Positions 10,494 to 21,519 of a DNA stretch of 64,000 nt are shown one piece after another; within the stretch, counting starts at the first letter, position 1; every line of letters starts with the position of its first letter. Source of the DNA: Planctomycetota bacterium (GTDB taxonomy: Bacteria > Planctomycetota > GCA-002687715 > CAIWVZ01); the NCBI GenBank assembly GCA_044222185.1, contig JBGANV010000003.1, positions 832,727-896,726 of the forward strand, given 5' to 3'. Position numbers and translations under genes: made by a program. A model generated the notes under the pieces. The model was not told where the DNA came from. It searched no databases and worked only from the letters and a program-made list of their open reading frames with translations.

Positions 10494-10793
10494 CTCGTCG
10501 ACTCCTGCGGTGTGGGAGCACGTGGTGGGCGCGAGTGTACGGCAGATTGGCCGGGCGCCGAGTGCACGAGAACCGTCATTTGCACCACGATTTTTCCTTT
10601 GCAACGCGGCGGCGATCCGAGGCAATTGACGGGGTTCGCGCCCGCGAGCGCCGCGCCGGAATCCACGCCGCGCGTATCAACCGAGCCGGCCGACCGTCTC
10701 ATCATCCGGCGACGCTCATCCCCCCGAAGCCGCGGCCAATTCCGCCCTCTCACCGAGACAGGTGATCGGCCGGCGAAGGCCAGGAGAGGCCCC

Positions 10794-12977
10794 ATGATCC
10801 AGCTCAATGGAGGTCGTGGCGTGATCGCGGCAACTGTCGCGATCCTGTTCTCGGCGCAAGCGCTCGCCCAGGACATCGGCGCCGCGGCCGTCGATCCGCG
10901 CATCGTCCAGGCCGGTCCCGTCACCGATGTCGCCAGCGCGCGGTCGTTCCTGATGGCGAATGAAGGCGTGTTGGGCACGACGATGACGTCTCTGTCCGAC
11001 GGAGGAACGGCCACGTCCACCCAGGCTGGCGCGTTGCACCGTGCCTTGCGCTTCTTCCAACGCATCGACGGGATCGAGGTGGAGGACAGCGTCGTCATCG
11101 TTCTCTCGGACGCGCGTGGCCATGCGACGCTCGCAGACGTGAGGATCGGTCGCGTCGAAGACGGCCCGCGCGGCATCGTCGTTTCGCAAGAAGCAGCCGT
11201 GGCCACGGCGAGGGCCGCACTTGCCGGTGGAGACCGGCTCGACGTCCGCGACCTCGCGCCGTCCCTGGTATATCGTCGGCACGCGTTCGGCGATCCGCGA
11301 AGCGCCGCCCGTGCGTATTGGCGCATCGACGTCTCCGCCGGCGGTGACGCCGGCGACCGGCGGCCGATGACGCGCCGCATGTACGTGGACGCTGTCGATG
11401 TCACGGCGGCGATCGCCGCGCAGTTCCCGTTGGTGATGGCCGCGGACACCCGGACGCGCTTCGTGACGAATCACCTGCCGCCGGACGATCCGGGCGCCAC
11501 AACGGCGACCGAAGGCGAATCGGGCATACCCGTTGGGTTCTTCTGCGCCTACGGCACGTCGGTGTTCACGACGTCGGGGACGGGCGGTGCGTTCGCGCTT
11601 CCGCCCGGTTTCACGTGCACGGGCCCGTCGGGACCCGGCGTGATCAACGTCATCGGCAGGTGGGGCACGCCGACGTTCCCGGACGTCGACGTGTATCAGG
11701 GTCTTTCGCCGCTGCCCTCGCTCGGCGCCGCCTGCGGAGGCGGCCCCGGGTCTGCGTCCCAGCCCGGGGTCGGAGGCATCATGCCGCCAGGCGTCATGAC
11801 ACCGCCGGATCTCGTTCTCGGCGGCGCGGCGGGCCAGGTCATCCATTGGCAACGCGCGCTGCGCGCGTTCACGGCGCCATACCCGTCCGTGCTGTCGGGC
11901 GTTCGCTTCACGGCCGAAGTGGACACGCCCGCCTTCCCGTTCATCGCGTGCGCGTCCCCCGCCGGCTCGCTGTGGCGCGTGCGTTTCGGAGCCGCAGGCG
12001 TGCCGCCCGGTGGCGCAGCCCCGGTCGCCAACGCGGCGAGTTCGACGTTCGTCGTCCACGAGATGGGACACGTCGCGTGGTGGCACACGACGGCGCCAGG
12101 GCTTTGGACCGGTGCTGATGCCGATGCGATCAACGAAGGCGTTGCCGACGTCTTCGCAACGTACGTGACGGGACAGGAGTCGATCGGACCCGGGTGGATG
12201 GGCCCTGGGACCGGAGCTCTGCGCACCGGGCTCAACCTGCGCCAGTACGGCACGCTCGATCCGGAGGGCGATGCGCACGATGCCGGAGAACTGCTGATGG
12301 GAGCCTTCTGGCAGATGCGCGTGAACCTCATGGCCGCGATGGGCGCGGCGGCCGGTGCGGACCACGCGCGCGCCCTCTTCCTCGACTGGCTTCTCCTGTT
12401 CGAGGACACGACGCTCGACTCGCGGATCCTCGATCACCTTCTCTACCTGGATGACACCGACGGCGACTTCACGAACGGCACACCGCACCTCGGTGCGATC
12501 ACCGCGGCGTTCCACGCTCACGGGTTCCCAGGCGCGGACCCGGCGCTCTACCCGGGCGGAGCCTCGCCCGTGTTCGGCGCCACGTTCTTCGATCCCGCAT
12601 CAGCTCCACCGGCCGGCGCCGCGCGCATGAGCAAGCTCGCGCTGTCGGTGTTCGATCCCGCGGGCCCGGGCGGCAAGCCCGTGATCGTCATCGCCGGCGC
12701 GCCGGCAGCGATCCCGCTGCCCCCGTTCGGAACGCTCGCGGTCGACATCTCGGGCACGTGGTTCACGATGATCGACGGCACGATGCCCGGCGGCGGCGTG
12801 TTCGCCGACTTCCCCGCGTCCACCGGGGTCCTCGGCGAGTGGAACACGCGGGAGGTGACGACTGCGTTCTGGGCGCTCCCGCCTGGCATCCCGTTCGTGA
12901 CGCAGGCCTTCGTGCTCAACCCCGCGAACGTGGGGCTCTCGCGGCTGTCGAACCCGGTCGCGCTCATGACGCCGTGA
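10794..12977 (+). CDS. Secreted gluzincin metalloprotease (M4/M36-like) with propeptide and shared C-terminal domain
   Basis: Signal peptide (AQALAQ), FTP/PepSY-like propeptide (FFQRIDGIEVE), HEMGH plus NEGVAD, His in DAHDAGE; AGGAG SD. Confidence 0.85.
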   Translation: MIQLNGGRGVIAATVAILFSAQALAQDIGAAAVDPRIVQAGPVTDVASARSFLMANEGVLGTTMTSLSDGGTATSTQAGALHRALRFFQRIDGIEVEDSVVIVLSDARGHATLADVRIGRVEDGPRGIVVSQEAAVATARAALAGGDRLDVRDLAPSLVYRRHAFGDPRSAARAYWRIDVSAGGDAGDRRPMTRRMYVDAVDVTAAIAAQFPLVMAADTRTRFVTNHLPPDDPGATTATEGESGIPVGFFCAYGTSVFTTSGTGGAFALPPGFTCTGPSGPGVINVIGRWGTPTFPDVDVYQGLSPLPSLGAACGGGPGSASQPGVGGIMPPGVMTPPDLVLGGAAGQVIHWQRALRAFTAPYPSVLSGVRFTAEVDTPAFPFIACASPAGSLWRVRFGAAGVPPGGAAPVANAASSTFVVHEMGHVAWWHTTAPGLWTGADADAINEGVADVFATYVTGQESIGPGWMGPGTGALRTGLNLRQYGTLDPEGDAHDAGELLMGAFWQMRVNLMAAMGAAAGADHARALFLDWLLLFEDTTLDSRILDHLLYLDDTDGDFTNGTPHLGAITAAFHAHGFPGADPALYPGGASPVFGATFFDPASAPPAGAARMSKLALSVFDPAGPGGKPVIVIAGAPAAIPLPPFGTLAVDISGTWFTMIDGTMPGGGVFADFPASTGVLGEWNTREVTTAFWALPPGIPFVTQAFVLNPANVGLSRLSNPVALMTP

Positions 12978-13021
12978 ACTGACGCGGACGCGATGCGAGC
13001 CCGTCGGAGCATGATCCGGCC

Positions 13022-14662
13022 ATGCGTTCGAGGCTTGCGGGGCATTACGGACGATGTGCGGCCGCATCGCTTGCAATCATCGCCCTCGCTGCGTGCAGTG
13101 AGCCGGTCGACGCGCCAGCGAGCCCCGCACGCCGCGTTGCCACGTCACAACCTGAATCGCAGCCCGAGTCGCGACCTATGGCACCGGCCTTGCGCGTACG
13201 GGTCTCACGCGACGGCAAGCCCCTTCGTGGAGCGCGAGTCGCCGCGGGGTTCCCCGGCGCACATGGCGAAACGACCTCGCCGACTCCAGAGTGCCGAACG
13301 AACGAGGATGGCCTCGCGCGATTCGACGGCCTGCCCGGCACGCTCGGGCTCGTACTCGTGTGGCCAGGAGACGGTCCTCACGCGTCGCCGATGGCCTTCG
13401 ACCGCGTCGATCTCGCGAAGTCCGACGATCCCATCGACGTGGACTTCGGCCTCCTCGTACGGGCGACGGTGGACCTCACGGTCGACGGTCGCAGGGCCAT
13501 TCCCGACGGGTTCGAGCTCGAGCCCAGGAACTGGATCACCGCGGACCATCGCATCTTCGCTTGCGAGATCGCCGTGTGCGAATGGATCGAAGACGCGGCG
13601 CTCGGGCGCGTCCGGTTCTCGCTTTTGACGCGGAGTCGGTGGGCCGCCTACCCCTTGCCGGTCGACGGCGTATTCCGCGGGGCCGGGGGCATGCGCGTGC
13701 CGTTCGAGTGGCCTCTCCGTCCCGGGCAGAAGTCGATTGACGCGGAGGTCGCATTCGGACGACCCTGCGCCGTCGACGTCGCGATCGTTCCTCCATCGGA
13801 CGGGAAATTCAGCTGGAAGCTCGAACGACGGTCGGTGATGCGTGCTTCCGAGGGCGCCGAGGAACTCGACGTGCGTTGGATCGATCATTGGCCTCCGTGG
13901 GTGCTCTCCGGCGGGCGCGGGTCCGACGAGAGGCGATCGACCGTGACGGACCTCCCCCCGGGAACCTACCGGCTGACGGACGAGTGGACCGGCATCACAT
14001 CGGACGAGATCGACCTGCGCACGACCGGCTCCCGCGCGGCGGTCACGCTGGACCTCTCGCCGATCTTCGTTCAAACGGTGCGCCTGCTCGTTCCGCCTGA
14101 CACGCGCGTCGACCCCCGGATGGTGCGGGCTCGGTTCGCCGACTCACGACCAACCGCCGGGTTCCATCTCGACGACGCCGACGGCGGCCCGCAGTGGTCG
14201 GACCAGCCCGAGTGCTCGTCGTGCATCGACCTGCGCCTCGTGCGCGGTCACCGCGCGACGGTTTTCGCGCGATGGCCGGGCCTCGTCGCGTCGAAGACCC
14301 GTGGGTCGGTCGTGGTCGATGAACCCGGACCTTTGGTGACGCTCGAACTCGTCCACGGTCACCGCGTCGAGTGGCAGGTCCCGCGGCACGCGACCGACGA
14401 GGTCGTGCGTTACGAGCAACCGCCGGAGGTGGGGACGGTGACTCTCCGCGGCGTGTCGGGCCCGGCGGCGTCCGAACCGGTCTTCGAGTTCACCAGCGAC
14501 GCGGAGGCGGAGCAGAAGATGCGGACGTTCGGCTTCGTGACGAACGATGCCGGTGATTTCGACGCGACGTTCACGCTGGACGGCTTCCTTCCGCTGACTC
14601 GACGGATCTCCATCGCCGCCGGCACGACGAAGCTGGGCCAGATCCGATTGACCCCGCGGTAG
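13022..14662 (+). CDS. Putative lipoprotein with carboxypeptidase-regulatory-like beta-sandwich domains
   Basis: Lipobox IIALAAC; RTNEDGLARFDGLP and DLPPGTYRL motifs. Confidence 0.7.
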   Translation: MRSRLAGHYGRCAAASLAIIALAACSEPVDAPASPARRVATSQPESQPESRPMAPALRVRVSRDGKPLRGARVAAGFPGAHGETTSPTPECRTNEDGLARFDGLPGTLGLVLVWPGDGPHASPMAFDRVDLAKSDDPIDVDFGLLVRATVDLTVDGRRAIPDGFELEPRNWITADHRIFACEIAVCEWIEDAALGRVRFSLLTRSRWAAYPLPVDGVFRGAGGMRVPFEWPLRPGQKSIDAEVAFGRPCAVDVAIVPPSDGKFSWKLERRSVMRASEGAEELDVRWIDHWPPWVLSGGRGSDERRSTVTDLPPGTYRLTDEWTGITSDEIDLRTTGSRAAVTLDLSPIFVQTVRLLVPPDTRVDPRMVRARFADSRPTAGFHLDDADGGPQWSDQPECSSCIDLRLVRGHRATVFARWPGLVASKTRGSVVVDEPGPLVTLELVHGHRVEWQVPRHATDEVVRYEQPPEVGTVTLRGVSGPAASEPVFEFTSDAEAEQKMRTFGFVTNDAGDFDATFTLDGFLPLTRRISIAAGTTKLGQIRLTPR

Positions 14663-14780
14663 GCATCACACCTCGAGGATCCACAGAAATCGAGGGAATG
14701 CGACACCGCAAGTCAGTTCGAAATATGGACATGAGTCAAACTCGGCTGATTGACTTTCCAAAGCACGATCAGCCGATGCG

Positions 14781-16001
14781 ATGCAGGCCGTGCCGACACC
14801 CAAGCCTCGCCACATTGCCGGCGTCGTCGCGAAAGCTGCACGTCAGTCCCCGGTCATCGTCATCACCGGCCCGAGGCAGTCCGGGAAGACGACACTCGCC
14901 CGACGGCAGTTTCCCGACAGGCCCTATCTCAGCCTCGAGGATCCGGACGTGCGGCAGCGCGCCGCGTCCAATCCCCGCGAGTTCCTGGCCGCGTGTCCCG
15001 AGGGCGCGATCTTCGACGAGGCGCAGCGCCTGCCGGATCTCTTCTCCTACCTTCAAACGGAGGTCGACCGGGATCCGCGCCCAGGTCGCTTCGACCTGAC
15101 GGGATCGGAGAACCTGGCCCGGTCGCAGCGTGTGTCGCAGTCGCTCGCGGGACGCGCGCTCCTCCTGAAGCTCCTGCCGTTCAGCCATGCGGAACTCCTC
15201 GATCGCACCGCGGCGCCGCCCGGCCACTGGGACGAGCCACCTGGGCCGGCAACCCAGCCGGTGACGACGAGGTCCTGGACGGCAACCGCGTTTCGGGGGT
15301 TCTTCCCCCGCGCGGTCTTGGAGGACGCGGACCCAACGCTCTGGCTCGACTCCAACCTCGAGACGTACGTCGAACGCGACGTCCGCCAGATCGCCAACAT
15401 CGGCGATCTCGACTCCTTCCCGCGCTTCCTCCGGCTCGTCGCTGCGCGCTTCGGGCAACTCTTGAACGACTCCAACCTCGCCATGGACGCGTCCGTCAGC
15501 GTGACGACCGCTCGCGCATGGATTTCAGTCCTCGAGGCCGGTTTCATCACGCGCCTGCTCCCGCCATTCCACGAGAACTTCAACAAGCGGCTCGTCAAGA
15601 CGCCGAAGCTCCATCTCGTCGACCCCGGCCTCATGTGCCGGCTGCTCGCGATCCGCTCACCCGAGGAAGTGGCGTTGCATCCGCTCCGCGGCGCAATCTT
15701 CGAGACGCTCGTCGTCGGTGAGTTGATCAAGGCGTTCCTGAACGCTGGCGAAGATCCGCCCCTCTTCTTCTGGCGGGATCGCTCGGGCCATGAAGTCGAC
15801 GTCATCGTCGACATGGGCATCCGCCGCATCCCGATCGAGATCAAGGCGACCGAGATCGTGCGCGACGACGACACGTCGCCCGTACGTCGGTGGATGCGCA
15901 TCGCGAAGGCGTCGCGAACGGGCGTCGTCATCCATTCGGGCGACGTGACGTCCCCGCAGGAGGACGGCATGGTCCTGCGGTCGTGGCGCGATCTCACGTG
16001 A
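14781..16001 (+). CDS. AAA+ ATPase with C-terminal DUF4143 / PD-(D/E)xK-like domain
   Basis: Walker A GPRQSGKT, Walker B IFDEAQ, LTGS, KTPKLHLVDPG, FETLV, EVDVI...IEIK. Confidence 0.92.
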   Translation: MQAVPTPKPRHIAGVVAKAARQSPVIVITGPRQSGKTTLARRQFPDRPYLSLEDPDVRQRAASNPREFLAACPEGAIFDEAQRLPDLFSYLQTEVDRDPRPGRFDLTGSENLARSQRVSQSLAGRALLLKLLPFSHAELLDRTAAPPGHWDEPPGPATQPVTTRSWTATAFRGFFPRAVLEDADPTLWLDSNLETYVERDVRQIANIGDLDSFPRFLRLVAARFGQLLNDSNLAMDASVSVTTARAWISVLEAGFITRLLPPFHENFNKRLVKTPKLHLVDPGLMCRLLAIRSPEEVALHPLRGAIFETLVVGELIKAFLNAGEDPPLFFWRDRSGHEVDVIVDMGIRRIPIEIKATEIVRDDDTSPVRRWMRIAKASRTGVVIHSGDVTSPQEDGMVLRSWRDLT

Positions 16002-16437
16002 CGCAGTCGTGATTCGGTCCGGGGCCTCGGTCGGCGCCACGAATGCGGTACTCGGAACCACTACGATTCCGCCGCCTCCCTCGCCTTGGTGAACGAATCG
16101 TCGAGGTGCATCGCGGGCTCGCCGTCGTGCACGAGAAGCGAGCGGGCCTCGCACGACGGCGAACACGACCGTCCGCAACGCGACTGAAAGCCCGTCGGCG
16201 AGCCCGAGCGCGCACATCTCGGGGCGTGCAGCGATTGACCGCCCCTGGAGATCGGAAGCAGATGCGCAGGGCGAAGTCTGCCCGTGCCGCGTCGACTCGC
16301 CGCCGAGTGAAGGGTGCGGCGCAGCGTCGACGGCGCGAACGCGCGGCCCACGCGAGGATCTCTTTCAACGGCGATGGGGCGAAGCCTATCGTTTCGAAGC
16401 CGTGCGAATCCATCGCACGCGATGAAGGGAGAGAACC

Positions 16438-17331
16438 ATGAAGCGGAACGCCCCTGCCCGGACGTTGCTCCTGATCTCTTTGATGCTGATCTGCCCGGCC
16501 TCCCCACTCGCATCACAAGTCCCCGCTGGACCGCCAGTCGTGTGGCCGACGTCCGCGGGCGGAAACGGCCACAGCTACCAGCTCTACCTTGGCGCCATCG
16601 GCGGATGGCTCGGCGCCAACACCTTCGCGGGCCTGAACGGCGGTTACCTCGCGACGATCACGTCGGCGGACGAGAACGCGTTCGTGTACAACCTCGCGGC
16701 GGCCGTTCCCGCGGCATGGAGTGCCGCCAACGGAGGCACCTACGGCCCGTGGCTCGGCGGCGCCATGATTGGCGGCTCCTTTGCCTGGGTGACGGGCGAG
16801 CCGTTCTGCTTCCAGCACTGGGCGCCGGGCGAGCCCAACAACGGGTGCGTCGGGATTCCACTCGAAGATCACGTCCACTTCGGGAACCAGACGATCTACG
16901 CGCTCGATCTCTGGAACGATCTGGCGTCGCCGGGCTGTCCGGCCGGCGGCATCGTCGTTCCGTCGTTCGTCGTCGAACGATCGCCGTACGCGTTCGCGAT
17001 GACGCAGCCCGGCGGGCCCGGTGCGGCACTCGTGATCGCGGCGACGGGCGGCACGGCCGGGAACCTCTTCTTCAATGCGTTCACTCTCGCCGCCGACCCC
17101 TGCCTCGACGGCTGGTTCTTCGGCATCGAAATCTCGTTCGGTGATCTCGCCACGCAGCTGACGAGCGGTCCACCGTTCTTCGGAGTGCTCGGCCCGGCAG
17201 GCTCGGCCGTCTTCGTGGTTCCGCCACCGATCCCGGCGGGAATCACGCTCGACGCCGTGAGCATCCACATCAGCGCCTTCGGACTTGGTCCGATCGCGGC
17301 GTCGATCCCCATCACCTACACAACGATCTGA
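16438..17331 (+). CDS. Secreted C-type lectin-like domain protein with shared C-terminal domain
   Basis: Signal peptide; NGHSY, GGYLATITSADEN, WLGG, WAPGEPNN, WND (EPN/WND are C-type lectin motifs); GGAG SD. Confidence 0.85.
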   Translation: MKRNAPARTLLLISLMLICPASPLASQVPAGPPVVWPTSAGGNGHSYQLYLGAIGGWLGANTFAGLNGGYLATITSADENAFVYNLAAAVPAAWSAANGGTYGPWLGGAMIGGSFAWVTGEPFCFQHWAPGEPNNGCVGIPLEDHVHFGNQTIYALDLWNDLASPGCPAGGIVVPSFVVERSPYAFAMTQPGGPGAALVIAATGGTAGNLFFNAFTLAADPCLDGWFFGIEISFGDLATQLTSGPPFFGVLGPAGSAVFVVPPPIPAGITLDAVSIHISAFGLGPIAASIPITYTTI

Positions 17332-17376
17332 GCGTCGCGCCGAGATCCGCGCCACGACGTCGATCGTGGCGCGCGA

Positions 17377-18204
17377 TCAGAGCCGCAGCGCCTCCGCCTC
17401 TTCCGTCGCTTCGGAGAACGAGACGTGGAGGTGGAGGACGGCAAGTGCCGGGAAGAGCTGGCGCACCGAGCGACCGAGGGATCGCCGGACGCAATCCATG
17501 CGCGTCCAGGCCTCGGCGAGCGTGCCCAGGTTCTCGCGAAGGAAGCGCAGGGTGCGCGAGATGGAGGGCATGGTCCCCGGACGATGCACGGCATCACGCA
17601 AGGCGACGGCAGTGCGCGCGAGCGAACCACCGCCGGGAGCGGTCGAGCCCACGTCGCGCGTCATCCGATGGAGCCCGGCGAAGACGAATCCGATGGCTTC
17701 CGCGGAGAGGCCCACGCGCGTCAGCGCCTCGGTGACGGCCGGCACGGCGTCGGCGATCGCTTCGACGTCGACGCGCTCGGCGGGGCTCATCTCGCGCAGG
17801 ACACGCGACGCGACGTGGTCGAAGAGGATGCGCTCGACCTCCCGTTCCGAGAGTCCTGGGTAGATGGAAAGACCGACGCGACGCGCCGTCGCGAGCAGGA
17901 TCTCCCACCAGTTGTGATTGCGCAGCGGGAGGAGTTGGCGATCCGGCCCGTGTGACCGGGCCTGCAGCCCACGCAGGTCGGCGTTGATGATGAGCCAGGC
18001 TTCCGCCGCGCGATCGCCTGCCGCGCGTTCGAGATTCACGCCGAGGAGGCGGGCGATGCCGTGGCGAAGCGAGGCCGACATGGAGGTCAGCAACTGGAAC
18101 GGGCGGTTCACGCCCTGGGCTGCGGCTCGACTGTTGAGCATGGCGTCACTCGATCGGAGCTGCCGCGCGTGGAGGCGCGGTCCGTGGCCGTGCAAAGTAC
18201 TCAC
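17377..18204 (-). CDS. Hypothetical protein, YaaW/UPF0174-like (start uncertain: 18204, 18141 or 18081)
   Basis: WEILLATARRVG...EREVERILFDHVASRVLREMSPAER resembles the YaaW-family helical motif, from memory. Confidence 0.5.
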   Translation of the reverse strand: MSTLHGHGPRLHARQLRSSDAMLNSRAAAQGVNRPFQLLTSMSASLRHGIARLLGVNLERAAGDRAAEAWLIINADLRGLQARSHGPDRQLLPLRNHNWWEILLATARRVGLSIYPGLSEREVERILFDHVASRVLREMSPAERVDVEAIADAVPAVTEALTRVGLSAEAIGFVFAGLHRMTRDVGSTAPGGGSLARTAVALRDAVHRPGTMPSISRTLRFLRENLGTLAEAWTRMDCVRRSLGRSVRQLFPALAVLHLHVSFSEATEEAEALRL

Positions 18205-18249
18205 CCGTGGACCTTTCGGCAGCCGTCACGCTGAAACCTGACCCCCCGC

Positions 18250-21200
18250 TCACATATTCCGGCGGTACTCCCCGCCCACTTCGAACAGCGCGCGGGTGAT
18301 CTGCCCCAGGCTCAGGTGGCGGACGGCCTGCATCAGCTCGGCGAAGACGTTCCCCGCCGGATCGAGAGCAATCCGTTGGAGGCGCTCGACGGCGACCTGG
18401 GCCTGCGCCGCGTGTGCGGCCTGGAAGGCCTCGAGCTCGGCGATGCGGCGGTTCTTCTCCTCGACCGTGCTGCGGGTCAGCTCGATCCGATCCATGGCTG
18501 CGGCGTGGTCCTGGGTCTCGTCGACGTAGGTGTTGACCCCGATGATCGGCAGCTCGCCCGTGTGCTTCTTCCGCTCGTAGAGGAGCGACTCCTCCTGGAT
18601 CTTCGTGCGTTGGTACTGGGTTTCCATGGAACCGAGAACGCCGCCACGCTCCGAGATGCGCTCGAACTCGGCGAGGACGGCCTCCTCCACCAGATCCGTG
18701 AGCTCCTCGACGACGAACGAGCCCTGGAGCGGGTTCTCGTTCTTCATGATCCCGTGCTCGCGGTTGATGATCATCTGGATCGCCATGGCGCGACGCACCG
18801 ACTCCTCCGTCGGCGTCGTGACGGCCTCGTCGTAGGCGTTCGTGTGGAGCGAATTGCAGTTGTCCTGCAACGCGATCAGCGCCTGAAGCGTCGTCCGAAT
18901 GTCGTTGAAGTCGATCTCCTGCGCGTGCAACGACCGTCCGCTCGTCTGGATGTGGTACTTGAGCTTCTGGCTCCGGTCGTTGCCCTGGTAGAGGTCGCGC
19001 AACGCAACCGCCCAGATCCGCCGCGCCACGCGACCCAGCACCGTGTACTCGGCATCGAGACCGTTGCTGAAGAAGAACGAGAGGTTGGGCGCGACGTCGT
19101 CCACCTTCATGCCGCGCGAGATGTAGTACTCGAGGTAGGTGAACCCGTTCGCGAGCGTGAACGCGAGCTGCGAGATCGGATTCGCCCCGGCCTCGGCGAT
19201 GTGGTACCCCGAGATCGACACCGAATAGTAGTTGCGCACGCGGTTGTCGATGAAGAACTGCTGCATGTCCCCCATCATCCGCAGGGCGAATTCCGTGGAG
19301 AAAATGCAGGTGTTCTGGGCCTGATCCTCTTTCAGGATGTCGGCCTGCACGGTGCCGCGCACGACTTCGAGGGTTTGGGCCACGAGCTTCGCGTGCTCGT
19401 CAGGAGCCGGCACGCGCCCGCGCTCGGAGCGGAAGCGGTCGACCTGCTGATCGATCGCCGTGTTCAGGAACATCGCGAGGATCGTCGGCGCGGGGCCGTT
19501 GATCGTCATGGAGACGCTGGTGTTCGGATCGCAGAGGTCGAAACCCGCGAAGAGCTTCTTCATGTCGTCGAGCGTGCAGATGCTGACGCCCGACTCGCCG
19601 ATCTTTCCGTAGATGTCCGGCCGCGTCGCCGGATCCTGCCCGTAGAGAGTCACCGAGTCGAACGCCGTCGACAGACGTTTCGCCGCGTCGTTCCGCGAAA
19701 GGTAGTGGAAGCGCCGGTTCGTCCGCTCGGGGGGGCCTTCACCGGCGAACTGGCGCTTGGGGTCTTCGTCGGCGCGGCGAAGTTCGAACACGCCGGCCGT
19801 GAACGGGAACCGGCCGGGCAGGTTCTCCGTCATGAGGTAGCGCAGGATCTCGGCGCGGCTCGTGGTCCTCGGCAGCGCCACCTTGGGGACGAGCACGCCG
19901 GACAACGTCACACTCCACAGCGGTCGTCGCAGTTCCTTGTCGCGAACCTTCGAAACGAGTTCCGGAGCCCGGTAGGCCTGGAGGGTCCTGGGCCAATCCT
20001 CCAACGCCCTCCGCGCCTCGGGCGACAACGCCTCACGGGCCTCGTCCGCCATCTTCGTGAGCCGATCGAGGAGCGCAGGCTCGGCCGATCGGGCCTTCAG
20101 GGCCTCGATCGTGATCTCGAAGCTTTCCAGGCGCCGCACGGTTTCAACGTCGAGGCCGGCGCGCGTCCGATAGCGGCGGCAGGTCTCGGACACCTCGGCG
20201 AGGTATCGCTGGCGCGGCCCCGGAATCACGCGACTGCGAACGGCGGAATAGGGCTTCGTCTCGGTGGCGAAGCGCGTCTTCCAGCTCACCTGGGTCTTCC
20301 GCTCGATGGCGCGCAGCATCTCCAGGTACGCGGCCGTGACCCCGTGGTCGCCGAACTGTGCCGAGATCGTGCCGAACACGGGCAGCGCGTCGTCACCCGG
20401 CTCGTGGAACAGATTGCGGCTGCGGCGATACTGCTTGCGCACGTCGCGCAACGCATCGAGGGCCGCGGGCCGCTCGAATTTGTTCAGGACGATGATGTCG
20501 GCGAGATCGATCATGTCGATCTTCTCGAGCTGTGAGGCGGCGCCGTACTCCGGCGTCATGACGTAGATGCTCACGTCCGAGATGTCGACGATCGACGATT
20601 CGCCTTGCCCGATCCCGGACGTCTCCACGAGCACGAGGTCGTGGCCCGCACCTTTCATGATGTCGATGGAGTCCCGGATGGCTGCCGACAGCGACGCGCC
20701 CGAGGCGCGAGTCGCCAGGCTCCGCATGAACACGCGCGGGTCGTTGATCGCGTTCATGCGGATGCGATCGCCCAAGAGCGCACCGCCGGTCTTTCGTTTC
20801 GTGGGGTCGACTGAAAGGACGGCCACCGTCTGCTTGGGGAAATCGAGGAGGAACCGACGGACGAGTTCGTCGATGAACGACGACTTGCCGGCCCCACCCG
20901 TTCCCGTGACGCCGACGACGGGCACGCGCTTCGAGGTCGCCCGGTGGCGAAGTTCCGTGAGGTGGATGCGTGACCCCGTCACGACCGAGGGCTCGTCCAG
21001 CTCGACCATGGTGACGAGACGCCCGAGCGTGCCCCCTGTCGATTGCCCGGCCGTCACGCCGTTCAGCTTGTCGAGTGCCGGCGGTGTGAAGTCGCAGGCC
21101 TCGATCATGGAGTTGATCATCCCCTCAAGGCCGAGTTTCCGGCCGTCCTCGGGCGAGAAGATCTTCGTCACTCCGTAGGCGTGAAGTTCCTCGGCCTCCC

Positions 21201-21519
21201 GCGGGACGATGGTTCCGCCCCCGCCTCCGAAGATCTTGATGTGCCCGGCCCCCTTCTGGACGAGGAGGTCGCGCATGTACTTGAAGAACTCGACGTGACC
21301 GCCCTGGTACGACGAGACGGCAATCCCCTGGGCGTCCTCTTGGATCGCGGCGTTGACGATCTCGTCGACCGAACGGTTGTGGCCGAGGTGGATCACCTCG
21401 CACCCGGCGGACTGGAGCAGGCGCCGCATGATGTTGATCGAGGCATCGTGTCCGTCGAACAACGACGCGGCCGTGACGAAACGAACGTGGTGCTTCGGCT
21501 TGGAGAGGGTGGTCTGCAT
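18250..21519 (-). CDS. icmF: Fused isobutyryl-CoA mutase / MeaB-type GTPase chaperone (adenosylcobalamin-dependent)
   Basis: B12-binding ASLFDGHD...SSYQGGH, P-loop [16 protein letters not shown], mutase RQFAGEG and [15 protein letters not shown]-terminal GGEYRRNM. Confidence 0.95.
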   Translation of the reverse strand: MQTTLSKPKHHVRFVTAASLFDGHDASINIMRRLLQSAGCEVIHLGHNRSVDEIVNAAIQEDAQGIAVSSYQGGHVEFFKYMRDLLVQKGAGHIKIFGGGGGTIVPREAEELHAYGVTKIFSPEDGRKLGLEGMINSMIEACDFTPPALDKLNGVTAGQSTGGTLGRLVTMVELDEPSVVTGSRIHLTELRHRATSKRVPVVGVTGTGGAGKSSFIDELVRRFLLDFPKQTVAVLSVDPTKRKTGGALLGDRIRMNAINDPRVFMRSLATRASGASLSAAIRDSIDIMKGAGHDLVLVETSGIGQGESSIVDISDVSIYVMTPEYGAASQLEKIDMIDLADIIVLNKFERPAALDALRDVRKQYRRSRNLFHEPGDDALPVFGTISAQFGDHGVTAAYLEMLRAIERKTQVSWKTRFATETKPYSAVRSRVIPGPRQRYLAEVSETCRRYRTRAGLDVETVRRLESFEITIEALKARSAEPALLDRLTKMADEAREALSPEARRALEDWPRTLQAYRAPELVSKVRDKELRRPLWSVTLSGVLVPKVALPRTTSRAEILRYLMTENLPGRFPFTAGVFELRRADEDPKRQFAGEGPPERTNRRFHYLSRNDAAKRLSTAFDSVTLYGQDPATRPDIYGKIGESGVSICTLDDMKKLFAGFDLCDPNTSVSMTINGPAPTILAMFLNTAIDQQVDRFRSERGRVPAPDEHAKLVAQTLEVVRGTVQADILKEDQAQNTCIFSTEFALRMMGDMQQFFIDNRVRNYYSVSISGYHIAEAGANPISQLAFTLANGFTYLEYYISRGMKVDDVAPNLSFFFSNGLDAEYTVLGRVARRIWAVALRDLYQGNDRSQKLKYHIQTSGRSLHAQEIDFNDIRTTLQALIALQDNCNSLHTNAYDEAVTTPTEESVRRAMAIQMIINREHGIMKNENPLQGSFVVEELTDLVEEAVLAEFERISERGGVLGSMETQYQRTKIQEESLLYERKKHTGELPIIGVNTYVDETQDHAAAMDRIELTRSTVEEKNRRIAELEAFQAAHAAQAQVAVERLQRIALDPAGNVFAELMQAVRHLSLGQITRALFEVGGEYRRNM

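Noticed and set aside
16002-16437. Short ORFs in the 436-bp gap after the AAA ATPase
   Set aside because: Arg-rich translations without motifs or SD; treated as intergenic.
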